Positions 11,950 through 19,212 of a DNA stretch of 64,000 nt are shown here, in pieces. The stretch lies in the IMG/VR virus record IMGVR_UViG_3300050343_000117, positions 1 through 64,000 of that record. One strand, given 5' to 3'. The stretch's first letter is position 1, and each line of letters begins with the position of its first letter. The stretch comes from a virus. The notes below the pieces were generated by a model. It worked only from the letters and a program-made list of their open reading frames with translations, made no database searches and was not told the DNA's origin. The translations under genes and the position numbers were made by a program.

Positions 11950-12664
11950 TGTCAAGGGAAGTTGAACTATTTTCTTCGTTATATTGAGCGATAGTTTCGC
12001 GGAGAGGACGCACCCAATTATCACGATGTTCGATAAACACCTGTGGTTCATGGTTGTCAACAGAGATAATCGTCACAAGTTGGGTGATAGGCATTCCAGT
12101 GCGTTCTTCCCACATAATTGCATAGGCAGACTCTTGCATGAAGTAGTTCTTAATCCAGTCAAGGCGTTTAGGTTTCATCGAAGTCTTGTAGTCAATGATA
12201 GACAATTTGCCATCGAAGACACCTACGCAATCCACACGACCAGCAACACCCAAATGGGTAGAGTACAGTGGTGCTTCTTGAGCATGGACAGTAGTCAGAC
12301 GTTCGTCAAGAATTGGTTTAATCTTTAGAAAAGAATCTATTAGATCCGGTGTACGTTTGGCCATCTTCGTCTCCCCATTGTCGGGGTTGATGGCAATATA
12401 CTTGTCATAGTCTGGATCGTTGTTGACATACTGTTCACAGATTTCGTGAACCGCAGTACCACGCGTAGATGCGCGATAGGAGACACGGTTTGCTTCTTTC
12501 TCACCGACACGTGCTCGCCATTTAGCAATGGAGTCACGAGACAGTATAGAGAGTACAGTAGTGATAGAAGGTAAGGTGATACCTTCGGGAGTTTCGTATT
12601 GACGACCAGTGTCCGTAGTTACGGCAGTCATCTCATTCAATTCCACAGGAACATGTTCAAACAT
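11945..12664 (-). CDS. PD-(D/E)xK (Cas4/RecB-like) exonuclease
   Basis: PSITTVLS, RGTAVHEICE, EAPLYS, AGRVDC, IIDYKTS, YFMQESAYA. Confidence 0.85.
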   Translation of the reverse strand: MFEHVPVELNEMTAVTTDTGRQYETPEGITLPSITTVLSILSRDSIAKWRARVGEKEANRVSYRASTRGTAVHEICEQYVNNDPDYDKYIAINPDNGETKMAKRTPDLIDSFLKIKPILDERLTTVHAQEAPLYSTHLGVAGRVDCVGVFDGKLSIIDYKTSMKPKRLDWIKNYFMQESAYAIMWEERTGMPITQLVTIISVDNHEPQVFIEHRDNWVRPLRETIAQYNEENSSTSLDI

Positions 12665-12692
12665 AATATAACCTAATCAATTTAATACTAGT

Positions 12693-12721
12693 ATTATACG
12701 TTATTAAAACGTATCTGTCAA
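12693..12721 (-). promoter_or_regulatory. Sigma70-type promoter
   Basis: TTGACA-17nt-TATAAT upstream of the exonuclease. Confidence 0.8.
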
Positions 12722-12760
12722 TAGTAAATCGTGACTATTTTTACCATACTAGTCATATAA

Positions 12761-12930
12761 GAATCCCCACAAGTACAGGGCTCCGAAGGGTACTTTATGT
12801 GTCGGTGAACCGTAACTAACTGCTTGGCATTTTCACATGCACGTTTTGAGAGATCGCAGTTTTAAGTTAGTGCGCGATGGTTGGCGCATTGTTCATCTCG
12901 TGTACCGAGCCCTGTACTGTGTGGGGAAAC
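12761..12930 (-). ncRNA. 170-nt rod-like structured RNA, 6S-RNA-like candidate
   Basis: Terminal arms CCCCACAcAGUACAGGGCUC / GAGCCCUGUACU-UGUGGGG; inner stems GGUAC/GUACC, UGAAC/GUUCA, ACUAACU/AGUUAGU; starts immediately after the tRNA-Ala CCA. Confidence 0.6.
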
Positions 12931-13006
12931 TGGTGGAGTTAGAGGGAATCGAACCCACGACCTTCTGGATGCAAACCAGACGCTCTCCCTACTGAGCTAT
13001 AACCCC
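12931..13006 (-). tRNA. tRNA-Ala(TGC)
   Basis: Cloverleaf, anticodon loop TT-TGC-AT, GTTCGA T-loop, encoded CCA. Confidence 0.95.
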
Positions 13007-13146
13007 AAAATCTTACTTTTCCTTATCTTTACCGAAGATTTTATCCCAGTTATCTCTACCTTGTTTTGATAACGTCTTGGACTGTATTGCGTCTCCGGTG
13101 ATGTCGTTTTTACTTACCATTTTGATGTCATTTATGATCAGTTTAT

Positions 13147-13222
13147 TGGAGCGGGTAGTCGGGTTTGAACCGACCGCCTCAACCTTGGCAAGGTTGCGCT
13201 CTACCAAATGAGCTATACCCGC
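13147..13222 (-). tRNA. tRNA-Gly(GCC)
   Basis: Cloverleaf, loop TT-GCC-AA, encoded CCA. Confidence 0.95.
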
Positions 13223-13229
13223 AATACAT

Positions 13230-14639
13230 TTAGTCGCATCCTAAGTCACGTCGTGATTCTTCATCATTATTAGTGACACACAAACCACTAGGTAATTCTT
13301 CCGGTACGTATCGCATCAACTCAGGATCGTACAGACTTGTCTCTAAGAACGTAACTAGGTTAGCAATTTCTTCTTCAGTCAAGTCAAGTGGTGTGAACCT
13401 ATAGTCTAGATCAACAATCTCTACTTGAGGATGTTGAGGTGATGCGGCAACTTTGTATCGTACTACATCTTCTACACTAGAGAACGACGCACCATGACCG
13501 AATACAGTAGTATCTATAAGGTTGTAAAGTGGTGGTACTTTGAACGCGAACTTATCCATATCGTCACCCGTAAAACCACCACGTCCCGCTTTGGTCGCTT
13601 CGTTTACATCACCAACTACGTCATCCCATATATCTAGGTCATGAAATCCAAGTGTCATAAACATCTCACTGGCAAGAGAACCGACAGGAGATGAAAGAGC
13701 GGGACCGTTATGACAACCGGCACACTGACCTTTACCGAAGAATACTTTCGCACCTTCTACTTCTTCTAGGGTCAATGCCTCTTCGTCACCTCGTAGGAAG
13801 TCTTGAAATGGTGCTTGGTTTGCGAGAATGGTTCTCTCGTATGCGGCAATTGCAAAAGATGCCGCTTCCAACATATCGTGCGGTTGTGACGTACCATATG
13901 CCGCTTCGAACATCATCTGATATTTCTCGTTGGTGGTTAGGATAGAACCCTCTTCCACATTCATACGGTGAACACCAAGTCCCGCAACTGCCTGTGTTTC
14001 TAGACCGGCGAGACTACGTAGGTTAGCCTCTTTGGGAGTACCTTCTGTAAAGTGACGATCCGGATCAATACCAACATTGACGATACCACCAATGACGTTA
14101 CCGAACTGACCATTCCACAACATGACTTCTTGGTAGGCAGTGTTCAGTACTGTAGGTGATGTGACGGGTTGTACATCGATGTCTTCGGGATTGACACCCT
14201 CAGCAATCATACGATGATCAAAACCGACACCACCTTCGCCAATACCTTGACGAATACCGGACTTGAATCCGTTCTGTGCGTTGTGACATGATGCACAAGA
14301 GAAAGTATCTTCCATACCCGCGATGTTGCCGTCGGTGATACCAGTCTCATGATAGATCAACTGTCCCAGTGCTACCTTCTCTGCGGTGATTGGGTTACTG
14401 GGGTCTTGGGGAATGTTTAGGAAGTCGTCACTCTCTGGGAGAATATATCCTTCATAGGAACCTGTTGGTGAGGTTCTGTCCATAATCTCACGGAGTTCAC
14501 CAATGGAGATTTCAAGTGCTGTCGGTTCTGGTACTGCCGGAGGCGCCACCGTCACTGGTTGTGGTGCGGAATCCGAAGTGCCACCCGAACAGGCGCTAAG
14601 GACGGTCGTGCATAATACTACAGATAGTAGGTTTTTCAT
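13230..14639 (-). CDS. Di-haem cytochrome c peroxidase (CcpA/MauG family) lipoprotein
   Basis: Lipobox LSA-C; NPITAEKVALGQLIY; two CxxCH (CASCH, CAGCH); PTVLN, WNGQF, FKVPPLYNL. Confidence 0.9.
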   Translation of the reverse strand: MKNLLSVVLCTTVLSACSGGTSDSAPQPVTVAPPAVPEPTALEISIGELREIMDRTSPTGSYEGYILPESDDFLNIPQDPSNPITAEKVALGQLIYHETGITDGNIAGMEDTFSCASCHNAQNGFKSGIRQGIGEGGVGFDHRMIAEGVNPEDIDVQPVTSPTVLNTAYQEVMLWNGQFGNVIGGIVNVGIDPDRHFTEGTPKEANLRSLAGLETQAVAGLGVHRMNVEEGSILTTNEKYQMMFEAAYGTSQPHDMLEAASFAIAAYERTILANQAPFQDFLRGDEEALTLEEVEGAKVFFGKGQCAGCHNGPALSSPVGSLASEMFMTLGFHDLDIWDDVVGDVNEATKAGRGGFTGDDMDKFAFKVPPLYNLIDTTVFGHGASFSSVEDVVRYKVAASPQHPQVEIVDLDYRFTPLDLTEEEIANLVTFLETSLYDPELMRYVPEELPSGLCVTNNDEESRRDLGCD

Positions 14640-14682
14640 AATATAAGAGCCTCTCAAATACTCTTTTTCAAGTTAGAAAGGA

Positions 14683-14712
14683 ATTATACTATAAAATATG
14701 AGGACTTGTCAA
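14683..14712 (-). promoter_or_regulatory. Sigma70-type promoter of the peroxidase gene
   Basis: TTGACA-18nt-TATAAT. Confidence 0.7.
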
Positions 14713-14722
14713 GGGTAAATGG

Positions 14723-15409
14723 TTATTTATTTTTAACTCGTTTGGTCGCCTGCTTCTCTGCATCAATCCACTTCTGTGCCTTCTTAGAGACAGGTTTGTC
14801 AGTGAACTTCTTAGCATCACGGAATGCAGTTAGAGTTTCTTTCTCGTAGTCTTTACCTTCAGAGTTATCTACAACCAAGAAGTTAGGTTTACCAAACATA
14901 CGTTGGAACTTACCGATATTGCGTTGTACTGCTTTCCAATACTCAGTAACACCTTTCTCGCCTAGGGTACGAGCACGTTTTGCATCACGGCTGATAGCAG
15001 TATCAAGGTCTGTGTTTACGAAAATCATTGCGACATCGTAACCCATGGCCTTTACTTTCTTTGCCTGTTCAGCAATTTTATCTGGGTCTTTACCAGTACC
15101 ATCTACTACGAGACCAAGACGACCTTTCAGATAACGCTCTTCCCTTTTCCCTGTAAGCTTCTTTGCCTTACCACGGAGTTCTTGTCCTTTCGGAGAGAAG
15201 ATGTTGTCCGGAGTCATATCCATATCAACCTTCTTCATAGCAGCTTCGAATGCGTCATCTGAGTTGACAACCTTGTAACCCATAGAAGTCAGACCTGTCT
15301 TACCGACGATGAATGACTTACCAGAACCTGGCCCACCCGCAAGAAAGATTGCCTTGAAGATTGCTGGATCGTTTACGCCTTCGTCTAAGAATGTTTTAAA
15401 AGATTTCAT
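14723..15409 (-). CDS. P-loop kinase (AAA_33 / zeta-toxin / PNK-like)
   Basis: MKSFKTFLDE start; Walker A GGPGSGKS, VNSDD, LVVDGT, lid RDAKRAR. Confidence 0.8.
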   Translation of the reverse strand: MKSFKTFLDEGVNDPAIFKAIFLAGGPGSGKSFIVGKTGLTSMGYKVVNSDDAFEAAMKKVDMDMTPDNIFSPKGQELRGKAKKLTGKREERYLKGRLGLVVDGTGKDPDKIAEQAKKVKAMGYDVAMIFVNTDLDTAISRDAKRARTLGEKGVTEYWKAVQRNIGKFQRMFGKPNFLVVDNSEGKDYEKETLTAFRDAKKFTDKPVSKKAQKWIDAEKQATKRVKNK

Positions 15410-15440
15410 TGTAATAGTATCTGTTGATGGTAGTTGTATG

Positions 15441-15448
15441 TATTTATA
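15441..15448 (-). promoter_or_regulatory. Late promoter TATAAATA for the kinase gene
   Basis: Exact consensus about 31 nt upstream of ATG 15409. Confidence 0.75.
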
Positions 15449-15456
15449 CAAAAAAA

Positions 15457-15547
15457 TGGCCGAGGGATAGGGATTCGAACCCTAGATACGCTATTAACGT
15501 ATGCCAGTTTTCAAGACTGGTGCATTCAACCGCTCTGCCATCCCTCG
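15457..15547 (-). tRNA. tRNA-Ser(TGA)
   Basis: Long variable arm, loop CT-TGA-AA, CCA. Confidence 0.95.
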
Positions 15548-15564
15548 TTAATTTTTATACTTTC

Positions 15565-15641
<77 letters not shown>

Positions 15642-15650
15642 GTAGAAAGT

Positions 15651-15725
15651 TGGCTGGGGTGGAAGGACTCGAACCTACGAATGACGGGATCAAAACCCGT
15701 TGCCTTACCACTTGGCGACACCCCA
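15651..15725 (-). tRNA. tRNA-Gln(TTG)
   Basis: Loop TT-TTG-AT, CCA. Confidence 0.95.
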
Positions 15726-15792
15726 AACCTGTTTGCTCTACTGGGCACCACTCATTCAGTTATTTAGTAAGGGGAATGAGACCCTTATTCCT

Positions 15793-15869
15793 TGGTCGGG
15801 AATGTAGGATTTGAACCTACGACCCTTCGCTCCCAAAGCGAATGCGCTACCAGACTGCGCTAATCCCCG
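15793..15869 (-). tRNA. tRNA-Pro(TGG)
   Basis: Loop TT-TGG-GA, CCA. Confidence 0.95.
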
Positions 15870-15874
15870 TACAA

Positions 15875-15948
15875 TAAAGGAGCAGTTTTCCACATACTCA
15901 GGTGACGGGCGTAACGACCAGAGTGAGTTTAGAGTCATCTCAAGACTA
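15875..15948 (-). ncRNA. Candidate structured RNA in tRNA spacer (manA-motif-like)
   Basis: GUCUUGAGAUGACUCUAAACUCACUCUGGUCG... resembles, from recall, the 5' part of phage manA RNAs; hairpin GAGUA...UGCUC. Confidence 0.35.
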
Positions 15949-15950
15949 AA

Positions 15951-16034
15951 TGGTGGGGAGAGGTGGATTCGAACCACCGAAGCTCTCGCGTCAGATTTAC
16001 AGTCTGATCCATTTGACCGCTCTGGAACCTCCCC
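15951..16034 (-). tRNA. tRNA-Tyr(GTA)
   Basis: Loop CT-GTA-AA, long variable arm, CCA. Confidence 0.95.
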
Positions 16035-16039
16035 GATAT

Positions 16040-16252
16040 TTAGTCGAGGATAATCTCCTCTCTTTTCTTCTTAGCGGGTTGACGAATACCAAGATAAGTT
16101 TCGAGAATCTCGATCTCATTATCCTTACGCTTCTGCCATTGTTGCTCAGTTCGAGCAACCCCTTTCTTACTAGTCTTCTCAAAGAACTTAGAACCTTTGA
16201 GTCGTTCGAGTGCACCTTCACGTCGGTGCTTGATTACATGCTTTCCTCTCAT
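16040..16252 (-). CDS. Small basic hypothetical protein
   Basis: ORF between tRNAs with AGGA RBS; RREGALERL motif. Confidence 0.55.
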   Translation of the reverse strand: MRGKHVIKHRREGALERLKGSKFFEKTSKKGVARTEQQWQKRKDNEIEILETYLGIRQPAKKKREEIILD

Positions 16253-16273
16253 AAACTATCCTTTCTATAAAGT

Positions 16274-16350
16274 TGGCGGAGCGGACGGGACTCGAACCCG
16301 CGACCCCCGGCGTGACAGGCCGGTATTCTAACCAACTGAACTACCGCTCC
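16274..16350 (-). tRNA. tRNA-Asp(GTC)
   Basis: Loop CT-GTC-AC, CCA. Confidence 0.95.
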
Positions 16351-16355
16351 AATAA

Positions 16356-16733
16356 TTATGGTTTCAATCCTTTTTTACCTTGGTGGTATCTTCCCCAGAT
16401 ACAGTGAGCAACTTCATGCCCAATCAACTCTGGTTCCCATTGCCACTCAGGGTCTTTAATATAAACTGTACACTCACCCGTTGACGGAATCCATAGAGTA
16501 AACGCACTCACCGAATCCCACTTTACACCTAACTTTTTCTTACGAGCAGAGTTGTACTCAGCTTGGTTCTTCAACAAAACAAAGTTAACCTTTGGGCTTA
16601 GATTCTCATATTCCTTTACAAGGAACTTAAAGTCATCCGCACCATAACGATATGTGTTAGTTACACCACTTGAGGCACAACCGCCTAAAACTAAACTAAC
16701 TATTATCGTGAACGTGTAGTTGAATAAGCGCAT
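16356..16733 (-). CDS. Putative lipoprotein with HExxH zincin motif
   Basis: LGG-C lipobox; GHEVAHC; start codon uncertain. Confidence 0.55.
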   Translation of the reverse strand: MRLFNYTFTIIVSLVLGGCASSGVTNTYRYGADDFKFLVKEYENLSPKVNFVLLKNQAEYNSARKKKLGVKWDSVSAFTLWIPSTGECTVYIKDPEWQWEPELIGHEVAHCIWGRYHQGKKGLKP

Positions 16734-17070
16734 AATGCAAAACCTTCATTAAATCTTTCCGAGCATCGTTATCGGTCCCTTTCTTACCGTAACGTTGCGC
16801 ATATTTTAAAACATTACCAATGCAGAAACCTGTACCATGACCACCGTCAACAATGAATTCAGTCGCCTGAAACTTGTCTTTGGCATAGTGCTGATTGTAT
16901 GTGGCATCGATATATTGCTTGAACTCATCAATCAACTTACCTTCACTAAACTTATAGTCCACAGTACTAATATCAGCAGCTTCTCGCATTGTCACGCCAT
17001 TCGTGTATCTCTCAAATTCTACCGTCTCATTAGTATAAGGTGGAGTGTGTGCATAAATCGTTTTACTCAT
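16696..17070 (-). CDS. DUF3310-like (phage nucleotide-kinase-associated) protein
   Basis: TYNQHY...GFCIGNVLKYAQRYGKKG...DLMKVLHY. Confidence 0.75.
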   Translation of the reverse strand: MSKTIYAHTPPYTNETVEFERYTNGVTMREAADISTVDYKFSEGKLIDEFKQYIDATYNQHYAKDKFQATEFIVDGGHGTGFCIGNVLKYAQRYGKKGTDNDARKDLMKVLHYALIQLHVHDNS

Positions 17071-17071
17071 A

Positions 17072-17359
17072 TTACCATTCTCTCAATATAGTTGTGCCTA
17101 ACATAAACAATGAAACCGTGTTCAACATAATCAACGCACGGTCTTTCCAGATAACAGATACCCAAGTCCATAGTATAATGCCTGCGAACCCGATTGTCAA
17201 GTCATACATGCGATAATCTGGTCCGGCAGAACGCATCGCCATTGAAATTAAAATCAAAATAGAAGCGACCCACTTGAGATACCAATCGAAGTCATCGGGG
17301 TACCACGAACGATCCGGTTTAGTTCGACCGTCTGCTCTTACTTGAGGGTCTCCGTTCAC
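17072..17359 (-). CDS. Small 3-TM membrane protein (PnuC-like/DUF6552-like)
   Basis: DWYLKWVAS...WKDRALIMLN; three hydrophobic segments. Confidence 0.6.
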   Translation of the reverse strand: MNGDPQVRADGRTKPDRSWYPDDFDWYLKWVASILILISMAMRSAGPDYRMYDLTIGFAGIILWTWVSVIWKDRALIMLNTVSLFMLGTTILREW

Positions 17360-17709
17360 GATTTACTTCCGATAGTACGACGAACGATATCGTTGTGATT
17401 GAACTCTGCCCAATACAACTCAAATGCAACACCGTCTTTTACACCTTCGAACTGGTGAATCTTACCAGGCCTGACTTGGGTAAACTCACCCGCACGTAGT
17501 AGGGTTTCATCAACAAGACCGTCTTGGTCATCTTGCCATACGCGCACGATCATCTCACCAGATTCTACAAAGAACCCGTTCCACTTATATTCATGGAGAT
17601 GTTCGGAGCACTTGAAACCTTTCTTGTATTCGATACGATGAAACTCTAGAACGCCATTCGCATGAATGAGTTCTGTCTGTCCCCAAATCTTTCCTGCCTT
17701 CATAGTCAT
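17356..17709 (-). CDS. Cupin-domain protein
   Basis: KIWG, CSEHLHEYKWNGFFVESG, PGKIHQF. Confidence 0.75.
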   Translation of the reverse strand: MTMKAGKIWGQTELIHANGVLEFHRIEYKKGFKCSEHLHEYKWNGFFVESGEMIVRVWQDDQDGLVDETLLRAGEFTQVRPGKIHQFEGVKDGVAFELYWAEFNHNDIVRRTIGSKS

Positions 17710-17734
17710 ACTACTCTCACTGGATCATAATTAT

Positions 17735-17819
17735 TGGTGCGAAAGGAGAGACTCGAACTCTCACGCCGTGAAGCACTGGTACCTAAAACCAGCGTGTCTA
17801 CCAATTCCACCACTCTCGC
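17735..17819 (-). tRNA. tRNA-Leu(TAG)
   Basis: Loop TT-TAG-GT, long variable arm, CCA. Confidence 0.95.
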
Positions 17820-17823
17820 ATAT

Positions 17824-17899
17824 TGGCTGGCGAGGCAGGGCTCGAACCTGCGACAACGTGATTAACAGTCACGCGTTCTACCAACTGAACTACTCGCCA
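17824..17899 (-). tRNA. tRNA-Asn(GTT)
   Basis: Loop CT-GTT-AA, CCA. Confidence 0.95.
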
Positions 17900-17912
17900 A
17901 AATTATGTGTAT

Positions 17913-17941
17913 ATTATATCAAAAACTAAGAGGACTGTCAA
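17913..17941 (-). promoter_or_regulatory. Sigma70-type promoter driving the tRNA cluster
   Basis: TTGACA-17nt-TATAAT, 13 nt before tRNA-Asn. Confidence 0.8.
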
Positions 17942-18315
17942 GTGTCCAAATCGTTTAAGTTCACGACCCCTTCATGGAGCCACTTTTCTTCTAAAGGGGT
18001 CAGTTTTTCGTTCTCATACTGACGCGCCTCTATTTCATCAGGATGATTATGGTATCCCTTAGTAAGATTGAGAAGGACATATCGCAAATAAAACATTACA
18101 ACACCCCTCTCTTTTATCTGATAACAATGTTGCAACTCATGTCGATATAATTTAACAAGAGATCGCCGTGTCATCAATTCTGATTGTGCTACCGACCCTG
18201 TAGCATACTTACGTGGACGCATGATCATATATGGCCATAACACTACACCACGAAAACGAGACCTCCAAGGAAATATAGACTCGCTCTCGCTTTTGTACAC
18301 AATCTTAAACTTCAT
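17938..18315 (-). CDS. Small zincin-like metallopeptidase
   Basis: RHELQHCYQ...YHNHPDEIEAR. Confidence 0.65.
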   Translation of the reverse strand: MKFKIVYKSESESIFPWRSRFRGVVLWPYMIMRPRKYATGSVAQSELMTRRSLVKLYRHELQHCYQIKERGVVMFYLRYVLLNLTKGYHNHPDEIEARQYENEKLTPLEEKWLHEGVVNLNDLDT

Positions 18316-18429
18316 CTTTACCCCATCGTCTTAGTGTCTCTTTATGTATAGTTTTGTGACAGTAGTACATCGTAATACCGCCAAATACCATAGGGCACAA
18401 AAAGACCGCAAGAATACCCAATTTAAGAA

Positions 18430-18642
18430 TCACGCGTTTGCCCGTTCCACCATCTCTTCATGGGTGACTTTGCGTTTCGCTAATTCGTTACGGAACTTCT
18501 GTTTCAACTTAGGTGTGCGACATGATAAAAACTCATTCCACAACGATTCCGTCGAAAGGTTCTTTACATAGAAACGTGATGTCGTGACCTTTAATGTCAT
18601 ACGATCTTTCACGATACTATCTTCTTTGTACTTAATTGGCAT
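18430..18642 (-). CDS. Hypothetical protein
   Basis: 70-aa ORF with GAGG RBS. Confidence 0.5.
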   Translation of the reverse strand: MPIKYKEDSIVKDRMTLKVTTSRFYVKNLSTESLWNEFLSCRTPKLKQKFRNELAKRKVTHEEMVERANA

Positions 18643-18649
18643 TGTTACC

Positions 18650-18898
18650 TCACAACTTTAATATAGGGACCACAACATTTTTACCCTGTGGTTCGTCTTC
18701 TTCTTTTCCACCGCACCAAGAACATTCTTCTCCTCGTGCGACATATATGTAACCGTCATGCATACAACTATGTGGCCACATCACGGTTTTTGCGTTTTCA
18801 TAAAAACACTCGTTAAAAGTGTCATCCCACTCTGAGTTACCTGTTTTGGAAATAGGCGACTCCGCAATCTCAATCATCCTTCCTTCTCCACATCCCAA
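18650..18898 (-). CDS. Small Cys-motif hypothetical protein
   Basis: HSC...CSWCG; real start probably MIEIAES. Confidence 0.5.
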   Translation of the reverse strand: MGCGEGRMIEIAESPISKTGNSEWDDTFNECFYENAKTVMWPHSCMHDGYIYVARGEECSWCGGKEEDEPQGKNVVVPILKL

Positions 18899-19212
18899 AC
18901 AATACGACGTTTCGGCACTGAGGGTAACTTAGTCCTCTGTACCCACAAGTGACCATTCTTCTCCGCGTCACTGAATATAGCAACAGTGATGAAGAATGCA
19001 CCAAGCACCATAAGGTGGCCACCTACACTGTAGATTCCATACATCCACGTGTACCCTGCCCAGAAAGTGAACACTACTGACCACATCACCGACAAGTAGA
19101 ACATGAGAATAAACTGTACAAGTTCATTCGGAATGTGTCTCAGTGGATTGACTTTCAAATCAAAGAAATATCTATAGAAGTCATAAATCGCAAATCCGAT
19201 ACTCTTGAACAT
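18874..19212 (-). CDS. Membrane hypothetical protein
   Basis: NPLRHIP...LSVMWSVVF; 2-3 TM segments. Confidence 0.6.
   Translation of the reverse strand: MFKSIGFAIYDFYRYFFDLKVNPLRHIPNELVQFILMFYLSVMWSVVFTFWAGYTWMYGIYSVGGHLMVLGAFFITVAIFSDAEKNGHLWVQRTKLPSVPKRRIVWDVEKEG

Noticed and set aside
11945-12664. Cas4 as evidence of a CRISPR system
   Set aside because: It lacks the Cas4 Fe-S cysteine cluster and matches the stand-alone exonuclease common in T4-like phages
14723-15409. Zeta toxin of a toxin-antitoxin pair
   Set aside because: No adjacent antitoxin; late promoter and packaging-like N-terminus point to a virion enzyme, though the substrate is unknown
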